From a virus (Duplodnaviria > Caudoviricetes): a DNA stretch of 26,154 nt. Numbering within the stretch: the first letter of the stretch is position 1; every line of letters begins with the position of its first letter. The position numbers were made by a program, and so were the translations under genes. Location: positions 1-26,154 of the IMG/VR virus record IMGVR_UViG_3300036784_000277, one strand, 5' to 3'. Below, piece by piece: positions 7,634 to 14,557 of this stretch. The notes below the pieces were generated by a model. It worked only from the letters and a program-made list of their open reading frames with translations, made no database searches and had not been told where the DNA came from.

Positions 7634-9927
7634 AAGTCCTGCTGATCGAGAAGAGCGCGGACGGGTTGCTCGACCTCGCGATTCGTGCCAAAGCCAACGG
7701 GCACGAGGTTCGTTATTGCCTTTCGAGTTACCACCAGCACAACAACCCGATCGGCCGTGGCCTTGTCGAGCGCGAGCACGACTACCTCGCCGGCATCCGC
7801 TGGGCCGATCTCGTCATCGTCGGCGGCAATGATTACCGCCAAGCCGAGCTCGATCGCTGGCGTCAGCAGGGCAAGCTGATCGTCGGCTCGAGCGTCGAAT
7901 GCGAATCGTGGGAGAGCGATCGCTCGCGCGGCATGGCGGTCTTCCGCGCCTGCGGGATTCCCGTCCCGCCCTACCGCGAGTTCACCGATTACGACAGCGC
8001 GATCCAATACGTGAAGCGCCACGACGAGCCGTTTGTCTCCAAGCCCTCGGGCAAATGCGACGACAAGGCGATGAGTTACGTGGCGAAGAGCCCGGAGGAT
8101 CTGGTCTACATGCTGGAGAGGTGGAAGCGGGCAGGAAAAAGAACCGGCGAGGCCTTCATCCTTCAGGAGAAGATCGACGGGGTCGAGTTCGCGGTCGGCG
8201 CGTGGTTCGGGCCCGCCGGCTTTGTCCCCGAGTGGGAGGAAAACTGGGAACATAAGAAATTGATGTCCGGCAACCTCGGGCCAAATTGCTATTCGGCTGA
8301 TACCGAGGTCTTGACCGAGACGGGCTGGAAGTTCTGGCCGGATGTCGTTGCTAGCGACAAGATCGCCACACTGGTCGATGGCGCTCTCACCTATGAGCGG
8401 CCGAGCCAACTGGTCGCCGCGCCGTTCCGAGGCGAGATGATTAGCTGGCAGTCGAACCGGATCGACATGCTGGTGACACCGGGGCATCAGATGTACGTCG
8501 CCGATCGCGATACGATTCGCCGCGGGGAGCCTGAGTTTTTCCATCTTCCAGCAGAGACCGTGGCGCGGTCGACGCCTGAGAAGAAATTCGCTGTCCTGCG
8601 CACTGCCGGCTGGTCGCTCACTGAGCCGTGGGGAGAACGAGATCATCCCTCGCCGCAATTCGCGCGGCTGCTCGGCATGTTCCTCGCTGACGGCTATTGC
8701 CGCAAAGGCTCGGTGCAATTCGGCAATTGTCCACCACACAAGGAGGAAGTGATTCGAGCCGCAGCGCTCGACTGCGGCTACACTGCGCATCGCTATGGAC
8801 GCGACATCTACATCAACAGCACCGCCTTGGTCGACCTGTTCAAAATCTATCCGAAGGCAGTTGATAAACGCATCCCGCCCGAGATTATGGCGGCACCGCC
8901 CGCGGTGATCCGGGCCTTCCTCGATGGTTTGTCGCTCGATGCGACACGATCTGGACATTTGATCTATACGACCGCCAGCCGCGGAATGGCTGACGATATC
9001 CAGATCGCGCTGTTAAAAATCGGCATGGCGGGCATCGTGCGTGAGCGTGACCGGCGAGGCGATCCCGATCGGTTGTTGGCCGGTCACCTTATCAAGGGAA
9101 CCATCTCTTGGGATGTCAGCGTTTCGTCGAATGCGCTGGCGTGGCTGCGTCCCCAATATTGCCGCCGGGTTGCCTATGACGGCACGGTCTACTGCGCCAC
9201 AGTTTCGTCTCACGTCTTGTTCGTTCGGCGTAACGGCAAGGCGTGCTGGAACGGGCAGACCGGCGAGATGGGCACGGTGTCGCGCTGGGTCACAAAGTCG
9301 AAACTCGCCGACCTGGTGCTGAAGCCGCTGGAGACCATGCTGCACCGCGCCGGCTTTGTCGGTTGCATCGACATCAGCGTCATGGTCGACGAGGAGGGAA
9401 CACCCTGGCCGCTCGAGGCCACGAGCAGATGCGGCTGGCCGGCGATGAACCTCGAATGCAGCGCCTTCGACTGCGACATGGTCGAGTTCTTCCACGGCCT
9501 CGCCACTGGCCGTCCGCCAAAGCGGGTCCACAGGCTGGACGAGATCGTCTGCGGCATCGTCTTGGCGCTGCCCGATTTCCCCTACAGCCATGCGACGAGA
9601 AAAGAGGTGATCGGCGTCCCGATCTACGGTCTCTCGCCGAAACTGATGAGCCATGTGCATTTCGCCCAGGCGATGCTGGGCGAGGCGCCGCAGGGCCGGG
9701 GCGGCGGGATCAAGACCGCGCCGATGTGTGTCTCGGCCGGCGACTACGTGGCGATCGTCACCGGGCAGGGCGCAACGGTCAATGCGGCGCGGCGTCAGGC
9801 TTACGGGCATATCAATCAACTCTCGATGCCGTCTGGAGCTTTTTGGCGGAATGATATTGGTCAGCGTTTGACCAAGGACGTGCCGCAGCTGCAGCGCCAC
9901 GGGTTTGCGATGGGGATCGAGATCTAG
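7630..9927 (+). CDS. PurD (GAR synthetase)-like ATP-grasp ligase, intein-containing (441 aa after splicing)
   Basis: GIPVPPYREF, FVSKPSG, FILQEKIDGVEF, EHKKL..GNLGPN|TGEMG (PurD: DHKR..DGDxGPNTGGMG) and LEATSRCGWP (PurD: LEFNxRFGDP). TTG start overlaps the upstream stop. Confidence 0.85.
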   Translation: MKVLLIEKSADGLLDLAIRAKANGHEVRYCLSSYHQHNNPIGRGLVEREHDYLAGIRWADLVIVGGNDYRQAELDRWRQQGKLIVGSSVECESWESDRSRGMAVFRACGIPVPPYREFTDYDSAIQYVKRHDEPFVSKPSGKCDDKAMSYVAKSPEDLVYMLERWKRAGKRTGEAFILQEKIDGVEFAVGAWFGPAGFVPEWEENWEHKKLMSGNLGPNCYSADTEVLTETGWKFWPDVVASDKIATLVDGALTYERPSQLVAAPFRGEMISWQSNRIDMLVTPGHQMYVADRDTIRRGEPEFFHLPAETVARSTPEKKFAVLRTAGWSLTEPWGERDHPSPQFARLLGMFLADGYCRKGSVQFGNCPPHKEEVIRAAALDCGYTAHRYGRDIYINSTALVDLFKIYPKAVDKRIPPEIMAAPPAVIRAFLDGLSLDATRSGHLIYTTASRGMADDIQIALLKIGMAGIVRERDRRGDPDRLLAGHLIKGTISWDVSVSSNALAWLRPQYCRRVAYDGTVYCATVSSHVLFVRRNGKACWNGQTGEMGTVSRWVTKSKLADLVLKPLETMLHRAGFVGCIDISVMVDEEGTPWPLEATSRCGWPAMNLECSAFDCDMVEFFHGLATGRPPKRVHRLDEIVCGIVLALPDFPYSHATRKEVIGVPIYGLSPKLMSHVHFAQAMLGEAPQGRGGGIKTAPMCVSAGDYVAIVTGQGATVNAARRQAYGHINQLSMPSGAFWRNDIGQRLTKDVPQLQRHGFAMGIEI
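8287..9258 (+). mobile_element. Intein with LAGLIDADG endonuclease region, 324 aa, ending in Gly-Gln, +1 Thr
   Basis: Block A CYSADTEVLTETGW; block B LVTPGHQMY; LAGLIDADG-like LLGMFLADG and AFLDGLSLD; block H YTTASRGMADDIQIALLKIG; blocks F/G VYCATVSSHVLFVRRNGKACWNGQ. Removal restores GPN-TGEMG. Confidence 0.93.
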
Positions 9928-9929
9928 GA

Positions 9930-10121
9930 TCATCTCTCTTGCTTCCATCCATACCGGGCGTAGATCTCGGCAATGCGTCTGCGGCGCTGCTCGGCCAAGG
10001 CCAGCGTCTTAAAAGCGATGGTGATGCGGCGGTTGCCGTCATAGACCGCGTACCCGGTCATCAGCGCCGGCAGCATGCCGCGGGTGGCGAACCACCTGAC
10101 CGTGAAGCGCTCGTCGCTCAC
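9930..10121 (-). CDS. Hypothetical protein, 63 aa
   Basis: GTG start overlaps the upstream stop (GTGA), preceded by GAGGAGG; MSDERFTVRWF... Confidence 0.6.
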   Translation of the reverse strand: MSDERFTVRWFATRGMLPALMTGYAVYDGNRRITIAFKTLALAEQRRRRIAEIYARYGWKQER

Positions 10122-10687
10122 GCCAGTTCCTCCTCGCGCACCAGCGCCATCGCGTCGAGCGGGCCGTCGAACGTCTCCTTCTGCGCGATCGCGATATCCA
10201 TCACCAGGTGGATGCGCGAGAACTCGCCCATGTTGACCGCGCCGTGCCACAGCGCCGGCGCGGTCAAGAGGATCTCGCCGGCGTTCAGAACCCGCTGCTC
10301 AGGAGGACACCAGAGATAAGATGATGGATTGCAGCGCAGGCCGTAAACAAGGCGCATGTGCCCCAGAGCATAAGCGCTACGATCCACCCGAGGCCGCACA
10401 CCAGTGCCGGCGTCGAGCATCTCCAGCCAGCAGCGGGCGAACTCGATCTCGGCGCCGAACTTAGACCTGGCCTCGGCGGCGACCCGCTCGAGGATAGCCC
10501 GGTACTCGGGCCAGCGGGTGGCTTCTCTTGTGTCGAGGAACTCCTCCGGGGCCGATTTGCGGGCGGCGCGAAGATGGAGAATGCGCAAGCCGGCTCCCTG
10601 GAACTCACCGAGGCGTCCTTTCATCGAGCACAAGAGGTCGAACGGGTCGATAAACCCGAGTGTGGTGAAGTGGGTCACTACAGACAT
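10118..10687 (-). CDS. Aspartyl/asparaginyl beta-hydroxylase-like 2OG-Fe(II) oxygenase fold protein, HxD His replaced by Arg
   Basis: LDAGTGVRPRVD...RLVYGLRCNP...GEILL...WHGAVNMGEFSRIHLVMD matches the AspH-type DSBH pattern. ATG at 10687 overlaps the upstream gene end. Confidence 0.75.
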   Translation of the reverse strand: MSVVTHFTTLGFIDPFDLLCSMKGRLGEFQGAGLRILHLRAARKSAPEEFLDTREATRWPEYRAILERVAAEARSKFGAEIEFARCWLEMLDAGTGVRPRVDRSAYALGHMRLVYGLRCNPSSYLWCPPEQRVLNAGEILLTAPALWHGAVNMGEFSRIHLVMDIAIAQKETFDGPLDAMALVREEELA

Positions 10688-10884
10688 CCTATCGGAGGTT
10701 CTGGCAGCGGCATCCAATGCGTGGCGGTTAATGGCGATGAGCTTGGGCCATCGGACCACCACCCGCGTCGATAGGAACCGACCAAGGCGCGAAGCGTGGG
10801 ATACGCGAGATGGCTATGGTCTGCCCATAGCAACACGCTCGTCCCGTCTCGCGGTGCGGTGTCAATCGAATACCATTCGCTCAC
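10678..10884 (-). CDS. DUF551-like phage protein
   Basis: MSEWYSIDTAPRDGTSVLLW...THWMPLPEPP signature. Confidence 0.85.
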   Translation of the reverse strand: MSEWYSIDTAPRDGTSVLLWADHSHLAYPTLRALVGSYRRGWWSDGPSSSPLTATHWMPLPEPPIGCL

Positions 10885-11735
10885 ACCTCGTACTCCTGCA
10901 TCTCGAACGACTTCTTACGCTTCTCGATGCGGCTGATGAGTTGATTCACCTGCACGTCGCCCCCCAGCACCTTGCGCAGCCGGGTGCAGAGGCCGAGCAT
11001 GTCTTTCGAATCGAGGATCGCGTTGAGACCCGCTTCATCAGCCTTGTCGATCTCTTCCAGCATCAGGTTGAGACCCGTCTCGTCAGCCTTGTCGATCGCC
11101 TCGCGCATCAGCTTGATCTCGTCGCGCAGCTCCGCCCTCTCGTCTGCGGTTGCCGGCGCGCTGCTGCCGTTGGTGCGCGGCGCTTCCGGCGGTGGGGGCG
11201 GCGGCGGCGGCGGATTACGCTCGAACCTCGCGGCGGGACGCGGTGCCCGTGCTGGCGGCGCATCATCCTGCCCCACCGTGTCGGCGTCCTTCTCGCCGGT
11301 GGGGATCTTGAACACCTGGCGCAGGAACTGCTTCTCCACATAACTCTGAGCGGCACCGAAGGTCTGCGGGCCGGAAATCGGCTGCGCCAGGGAGCGCCGC
11401 AGCGGCGGCGAGAGCGCACCCGAGGCGTGGGCGAAGCGCAGTTCGTACCGGGCGAAGAGCCAGGGGTTGCCCCGCCCGCCCTCGCGCACTTCGGACGCCA
11501 CCTCGTCGATGAGGATGAAGAGGTTCTCCGTTGCCATGACGCGGCCGACGAGGTCGTAGAACTTGTCGACCGAGACATACCCGTAGCCGCCGTGCGGGTT
11601 CTTCTCGTCAAAGCCGATCTGCTTCATCTTCGACATGACGGCGACGATGGCCTTGGCGATGGAACCCGGCATCTGCGGCGCCGGAACCGATCCTAAAATC
11701 TCCCCGGTGTCCGGGTCATAGCTTTGCGATTGCAT
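10881..11735 (-). CDS. erf: ERF-family single-strand annealing protein
   Basis: KNPHGGYGY near the N-terminus and GAAQSYVEKQFLRQVFKIPTGEKDAD (ERF motif); same operon as the YqaJ exonuclease. Confidence 0.85.
   Translation of the reverse strand: MQSQSYDPDTGEILGSVPAPQMPGSIAKAIVAVMSKMKQIGFDEKNPHGGYGYVSVDKFYDLVGRVMATENLFILIDEVASEVREGGRGNPWLFARYELRFAHASGALSPPLRRSLAQPISGPQTFGAAQSYVEKQFLRQVFKIPTGEKDADTVGQDDAPPARAPRPAARFERNPPPPPPPPPEAPRTNGSSAPATADERAELRDEIKLMREAIDKADETGLNLMLEEIDKADEAGLNAILDSKDMLGLCTRLRKVLGGDVQVNQLISRIEKRKKSFEMQEYEV
11022..11097. repeat. 31-bp imperfect direct repeat, 45-nt period, in the ERF C-terminus
   Basis: gttgagaccc-N9-gccttgtcgatc at 11022-11052 and 11067-11097, encoding IDKADE(T/A)GLN twice. 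Confidence 0.9.
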
Positions 11736-11746
11736 CGTGTGTCTCC

Positions 11747-11968
11747 TTATGAGAGGCGAGTGAACGGGTAGCCGTCTTTAATCACGGCGGCGAAGTACGA
11801 CCCTGGCGAGCCGGCAGCAAGGAGGCCCGAGTATGTGGCCTCGTCGACCCCGTCGTAGCGGTAGGTCGAGCCCGACTTGAAGGTGATGGTCAAGGCCCCC
11901 ATGCCCGGGTCGTTGGGGTCGGCTTGCCAGTCAGCGCTGGCGAGGTTGGATGATCTTAACTGTGGCAC
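11747..11968 (-). CDS. KTSC domain protein
   Basis: SSNLASA...LTITFKSGSTYRYDGV...LLAAGSPGSYF...IK; SD AAGGAGG upstream. Confidence 0.9.
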   Translation of the reverse strand: MPQLRSSNLASADWQADPNDPGMGALTITFKSGSTYRYDGVDEATYSGLLAAGSPGSYFAAVIKDGYPFTRLS

Positions 11969-12399
11969 TGATACCTCCTTACGCTTTCATAACGACACTG
12001 TTTGCAATTCCGGCGGCCATCTGGCGTCATATAAAGATTGTCGCCGTCTAGCGGGTGTCCTTTCGGACACTGCGTTTTCTTTGCGTTCTTTGAAGTGGGA
12101 CCAATTCCTCTAAGCGTATTGATCTGTTGTGTTACGATCTCTAAATGAAACGGATTAACGCATAACGGAAATCTGCATATGTGATCTAAAACAAACCCAT
12201 CTGGTATTGGGCCGCGAAACAATTCATAGGCTACTCTATGCGCCATTAAGCGTTTCGCTCCCGTATATGGTTTCCACTGCCCATAACCGACGCCCGTAAC
12301 CGCACCGACCCAAATCCAACAGCCAGAATTCGGTTCCGGCATAATTCGTTGTTCAAAATCAAATGGATTGTCCCACCACATAATTTGCGGTTTGGTCAT
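11956..12399 (-). CDS. HNH homing endonuclease with C-terminal Zn-binding loop
   Basis: CWIWVG...AHRVAYE...GPIP...LDHICR..LCVNPFHLE..T...N and KTQCPKGH...CKQC. Visibly more AT-rich than its flanks. Confidence 0.92.
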   Translation of the reverse strand: MTKPQIMWWDNPFDFEQRIMPEPNSGCWIWVGAVTGVGYGQWKPYTGAKRLMAHRVAYELFRGPIPDGFVLDHICRFPLCVNPFHLEIVTQQINTLRGIGPTSKNAKKTQCPKGHPLDGDNLYMTPDGRRNCKQCRYESVRRYQCHS

Positions 12400-12402
12400 T
12401 CG

Positions 12403-12663
12403 TCAGTTCTCCTTCTTCTCAATCGCGGCGTCGATGGCCGCTAGCGCCTTGCGCCGGGAGCGGCGCTCGGTGATGGTCAGTTCAGTCTCTTCGAGTTCGG
12501 CGGTGATAATGTCGTGCCGCTCCTTGAGCCACTTGAGGCGCAGCGTGCCGATCGGCTCGAGGCCGAGATGCGAGGTCGGTTTCTTCCCGCGGGGAAGCTG
12601 CGGGCGCTTTAAGCGGCAGTCGCTGCGGGCATAGCACCAGTGGGGCGGGCAAGAGCAAGTCAC
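12403..12663 (-). CDS. Hypothetical protein, 86 aa
   Basis: GTG coupled to the upstream stop with a GAGGAGG SD; C-terminal coiled coil. Confidence 0.6.
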   Translation of the reverse strand: MTCSCPPHWCYARSDCRLKRPQLPRGKKPTSHLGLEPIGTLRLKWLKERHDIITAELEETELTITERRSRRKALAAIDAAIEKKEN

Positions 12664-12872
12664 TCGTCGTCCTCCTCGGCGTAAGCCTCGAGGTTGCGAT
12701 GCCGGTCGATTTCCTCGATGAGCCAGTTTCGCGCGAGTTTCTGAAGCATTCTGCGCGGCACAGAATATTCAGCGAGGATCAGATCAGCGGCATAACCGAG
12801 ACGCGGCTCGCGGTCGCTGAATGCCGCAATGACATCAGCCAATTCGTCGATTTCCATCGGCAGCCGTTTCAC
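12660..12872 (-). CDS. Hypothetical protein, 70 aa
   Basis: GTG at 12872 overlaps the upstream TGA with a GAGGAGG SD; ends EEDDE. Confidence 0.65.
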   Translation of the reverse strand: MKRLPMEIDELADVIAAFSDREPRLGYAADLILAEYSVPRRMLQKLARNWLIEEIDRHRNLEAYAEEDDE

Positions 12873-12886
12873 TCGTCGTCCTCCTC
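12660..12886. repeat. 18-bp perfect direct repeat tcactcgtcgtcctcctc flanking one gene
   Basis: Copies at 12660-12677 and 12869-12886. On the minus strand: GAGGAGGACGACGAGTGA, which is SD + EEDDE-stop + overlapping GTG. Confidence 0.9.
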
Positions 12887-13030
12887 CTCGATCTCGACCG
12901 AACCCTCGCCGCCGCAGCGGTTGCAGTCGATCCAATCCAAATGCACGGTGCCGTACTGGTCGCAGGTTTCCTTGCCGATGACGGCACCCTCGCCGCCGCA
13001 TTTCGGACACTCTTCACGCTCAATCGGCAT
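12869..13030 (-). CDS. 53-aa DnaJ-type zinc-finger protein (two CxxCxGxG)
   Basis: Translated by hand: MPIEREECPKCGGEGAVIGKETCDQYGTVHLDWIDCNRCGGEGSVEIEEEDDE; not in the ORF track. Confidence 0.8.
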   Translation of the reverse strand: MPIEREECPKCGGEGAVIGKETCDQYGTVHLDWIDCNRCGGEGSVEIEEEDDE

Positions 13031-13166
13031 CTTGCTTTTCCTTGGCTGAGTTCCTCTGCGCCGCGTCGGCGATGAGGATGGCTATCGCCGCCGCCACCGC
13101 AGCGGTGACAAAGACGCCGGTGAGATAAAGGGCGAGATCCGACCACCACTGCGCCCACGGGTTCAT
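13020..13166 (-). CDS. 48-aa single-TM membrane peptide
   Basis: MNPWAQWWSDLALYLTGVFVTAAVAAAIAILIADAAQRNSAKEKQDAD; ATGA-coupled to the YqaJ stop. Confidence 0.65.
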   Translation of the reverse strand: MNPWAQWWSDLALYLTGVFVTAAVAAAIAILIADAAQRNSAKEKQDAD

Positions 13167-14050
13167 GGCTTTTCTTTCTTCAGCGAAATCGTGATGCCGC
13201 GGCGGTCCCTGGTCACCGAGACGTTGTCTCGGGTACAGAGGCCAACATCCTCTGGAAGCAGACCTTTTATATTCTCCCGGCTGACTGCGTGCGCGGTCGC
13301 GGCGGCGTGGGTCTTGGCGAAGTCGCCCATATATGTCGCCATCTCCAGGCCCCAGTTCGGGAAACTGTCACGAAACGCCTCGTCCAACTGGACAACGCGC
13401 AGCGGCTTCTGCGGCTCCGGGGGCACTGCGGCAACATTACGGTCCTTGGGTTCCTTGCCATCGACGACGTACTGCCAGAACTCCTGCGTCGTGGCGATCA
13501 ACTCACCCTGGTAGAACGGGTCAACTTCTTGTTCCACCAGCAGCCACTTCGAGTTGCCGATAAACACCGAGAGCGCCCACCAGTCAGTGCCCATAACTGT
13601 GGCTTGGTGAGTCATCGCCGGGGTGTAGCGCTCGATCATCGCCTGGTCGGCCTTGCCGACGTGCTTGGCGTCGAGGACGCACTGGTGCCCCTTCGAGGTC
13701 GTCGATAGCGCATCGAGGTTGCACGCCAGCCATTCGTAGTCCTGGCTGGTCATCATCTCGGGGAGCGCCTCGCGCCCGGTGAGGTCTTGCCAGATCGCCG
13801 CCATCAAGGGGTTGTCGGTGCAGTAGGCGACCTCGCGCCCGGTCTCGCGCTCGCACCAGAAGAGGTTGAGCGGCTCGGTCATGCTCCCTAGCTGCACCGC
13901 GAGAACGCGGGAGAGGTCGTCGTCCCCGTCGATCCCCATCTTCTGCCGCCAGACCTTTTTCCAGTTGCCCGCCATCAGATCGGCGGTATCGCCGGCCATG
14001 ACGTATTTCCTGCGCTGCTCCAGCGAGTGCGCCGACAGTCCGAGCGGCAT
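13163..14050 (-). CDS. YqaJ / lambda-exonuclease family recombination nuclease
   Basis: RRKYVMAGD...VWRQKMG...LGSMTEP...WLACNLDAL...VLDAKH PD-(D/E)xK pattern; 295 aa from ATG 14050. Confidence 0.85.
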   Translation of the reverse strand: MPLGLSAHSLEQRRKYVMAGDTADLMAGNWKKVWRQKMGIDGDDDLSRVLAVQLGSMTEPLNLFWCERETGREVAYCTDNPLMAAIWQDLTGREALPEMMTSQDYEWLACNLDALSTTSKGHQCVLDAKHVGKADQAMIERYTPAMTHQATVMGTDWWALSVFIGNSKWLLVEQEVDPFYQGELIATTQEFWQYVVDGKEPKDRNVAAVPPEPQKPLRVVQLDEAFRDSFPNWGLEMATYMGDFAKTHAAATAHAVSRENIKGLLPEDVGLCTRDNVSVTRDRRGITISLKKEKP

Positions 14051-14052
14051 GG

Positions 14053-14226
14053 CTAGATGACCTTCTCGCAGAAGGAGTCGCGGTAGGCGGCGATGGCGTC
14101 CCACAGCTTCCCGCGGAAATCGCTCGCCTCCTTGATGCGGTCCATCTTGTCGTCGGTCCATTCGCGGCGCATCAGCTCGACGTGCATCTCGCTCAAGAGG
14201 TCCGACAGGGTAAAAAATGCGTCCAT
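14053..14226 (-). CDS. Hypothetical protein, 57 aa
   Basis: MDAFFTLSDLLSEMHVELMRREWTDD...; GGGGAG SD; fills the operon gap. Confidence 0.65.
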   Translation of the reverse strand: MDAFFTLSDLLSEMHVELMRREWTDDKMDRIKEASDFRGKLWDAIAAYRDSFCEKVI

Positions 14227-14240
14227 GGTTATCTCCCCAG

Positions 14241-14276
14241 GAGAAGCGGCGCCGGATCCGCCGGCGCCGGGTTCTC
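14241..14276 (-). terminator. GC-rich hairpin after the peptide gene (weak terminator, attenuator or stabiliser)
   Basis: cggcgccgg-atccg-ccggcgccg perfect 9-bp stem, extended by gagaa/ttctc; only a short U-tract. Confidence 0.5.
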
Positions 14277-14278
14277 GT

Positions 14279-14449
14279 TCAGTTGCAAAAGGTGTAGTTG
14301 CCGACCCGGGTGCAGGTCACCGTTTGCCCGGTCGACCCGTTGCTCCAGAAGGTGAAGTTGCCGATCTGGCCGCCGATCCACTGGGCTTGGGCCTGACCAG
14401 CGAGGCCGAGCGCGACGGCAACAACGGCGATAGCAAGAAATGTACGCAT
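14279..14449 (-). CDS. 56-aa secreted peptide (signal peptide + 34-aa two-Cys mature part)
   Basis: MRTFLAIAVVAVALGLAGQAQA|QWIGGQIGNFTFWSNGSTGQTVTCTRVGNYTFCN; SD GAGGAG; not in the ORF track. Confidence 0.8.
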   Translation of the reverse strand: MRTFLAIAVVAVALGLAGQAQAQWIGGQIGNFTFWSNGSTGQTVTCTRVGNYTFCN

Positions 14450-14488
14450 CGAAAGTTCTCCTCATCGTCGGGACATCCCGATGGCCTC

Positions 14489-14557
14489 CATGTAAATCAT
14501 GACGACTGACATGTCAAGCGGCTTGACAGACTTTTTTTGGTGATTATGATAAAGGCC
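14489..14557. promoter_or_regulatory. Back-to-back divergent sigma70-type promoters with overlapping palindromes
   Basis: TGTCAAGC-G-GCTTGACA (14512-14528) gives TTGACA on both strands. Rightward TTGACA-16-TATGAT; leftward TTGACA-17-TACATG; extra palindrome TGACATGTCA at 14507-14516. Confidence 0.8.

Noticed and set aside
9250-9258. Intein ending at Asn (WN|GQT)
   Set aside because: The +1 residue would be Gly, not a nucleophile, and the extein motif would not be restored; GQ|T fits both.
7630-9927. Calling the ligase a true purD auxiliary metabolic gene
   Set aside because: Substrate-binding motifs are changed and no other pur gene is nearby.
5606-9948. Long antisense ORFs (534, 522 and 311 aa)
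   Set aside because: Shadows of GC-rich sense genes; no motifs, and they lie fully opposite well-supported CDSs.
10404-11696. 430-aa plus-strand ORF
   Set aside because: Antisense to ERF, DUF551 and the oxygenase; Arg-rich with no domain signal.
11022-12886. CRISPR-like array or DGR template/variable repeats
   Set aside because: Each repeat has only two copies inside coding sequence; no spacer series, cas gene or reverse transcriptase.
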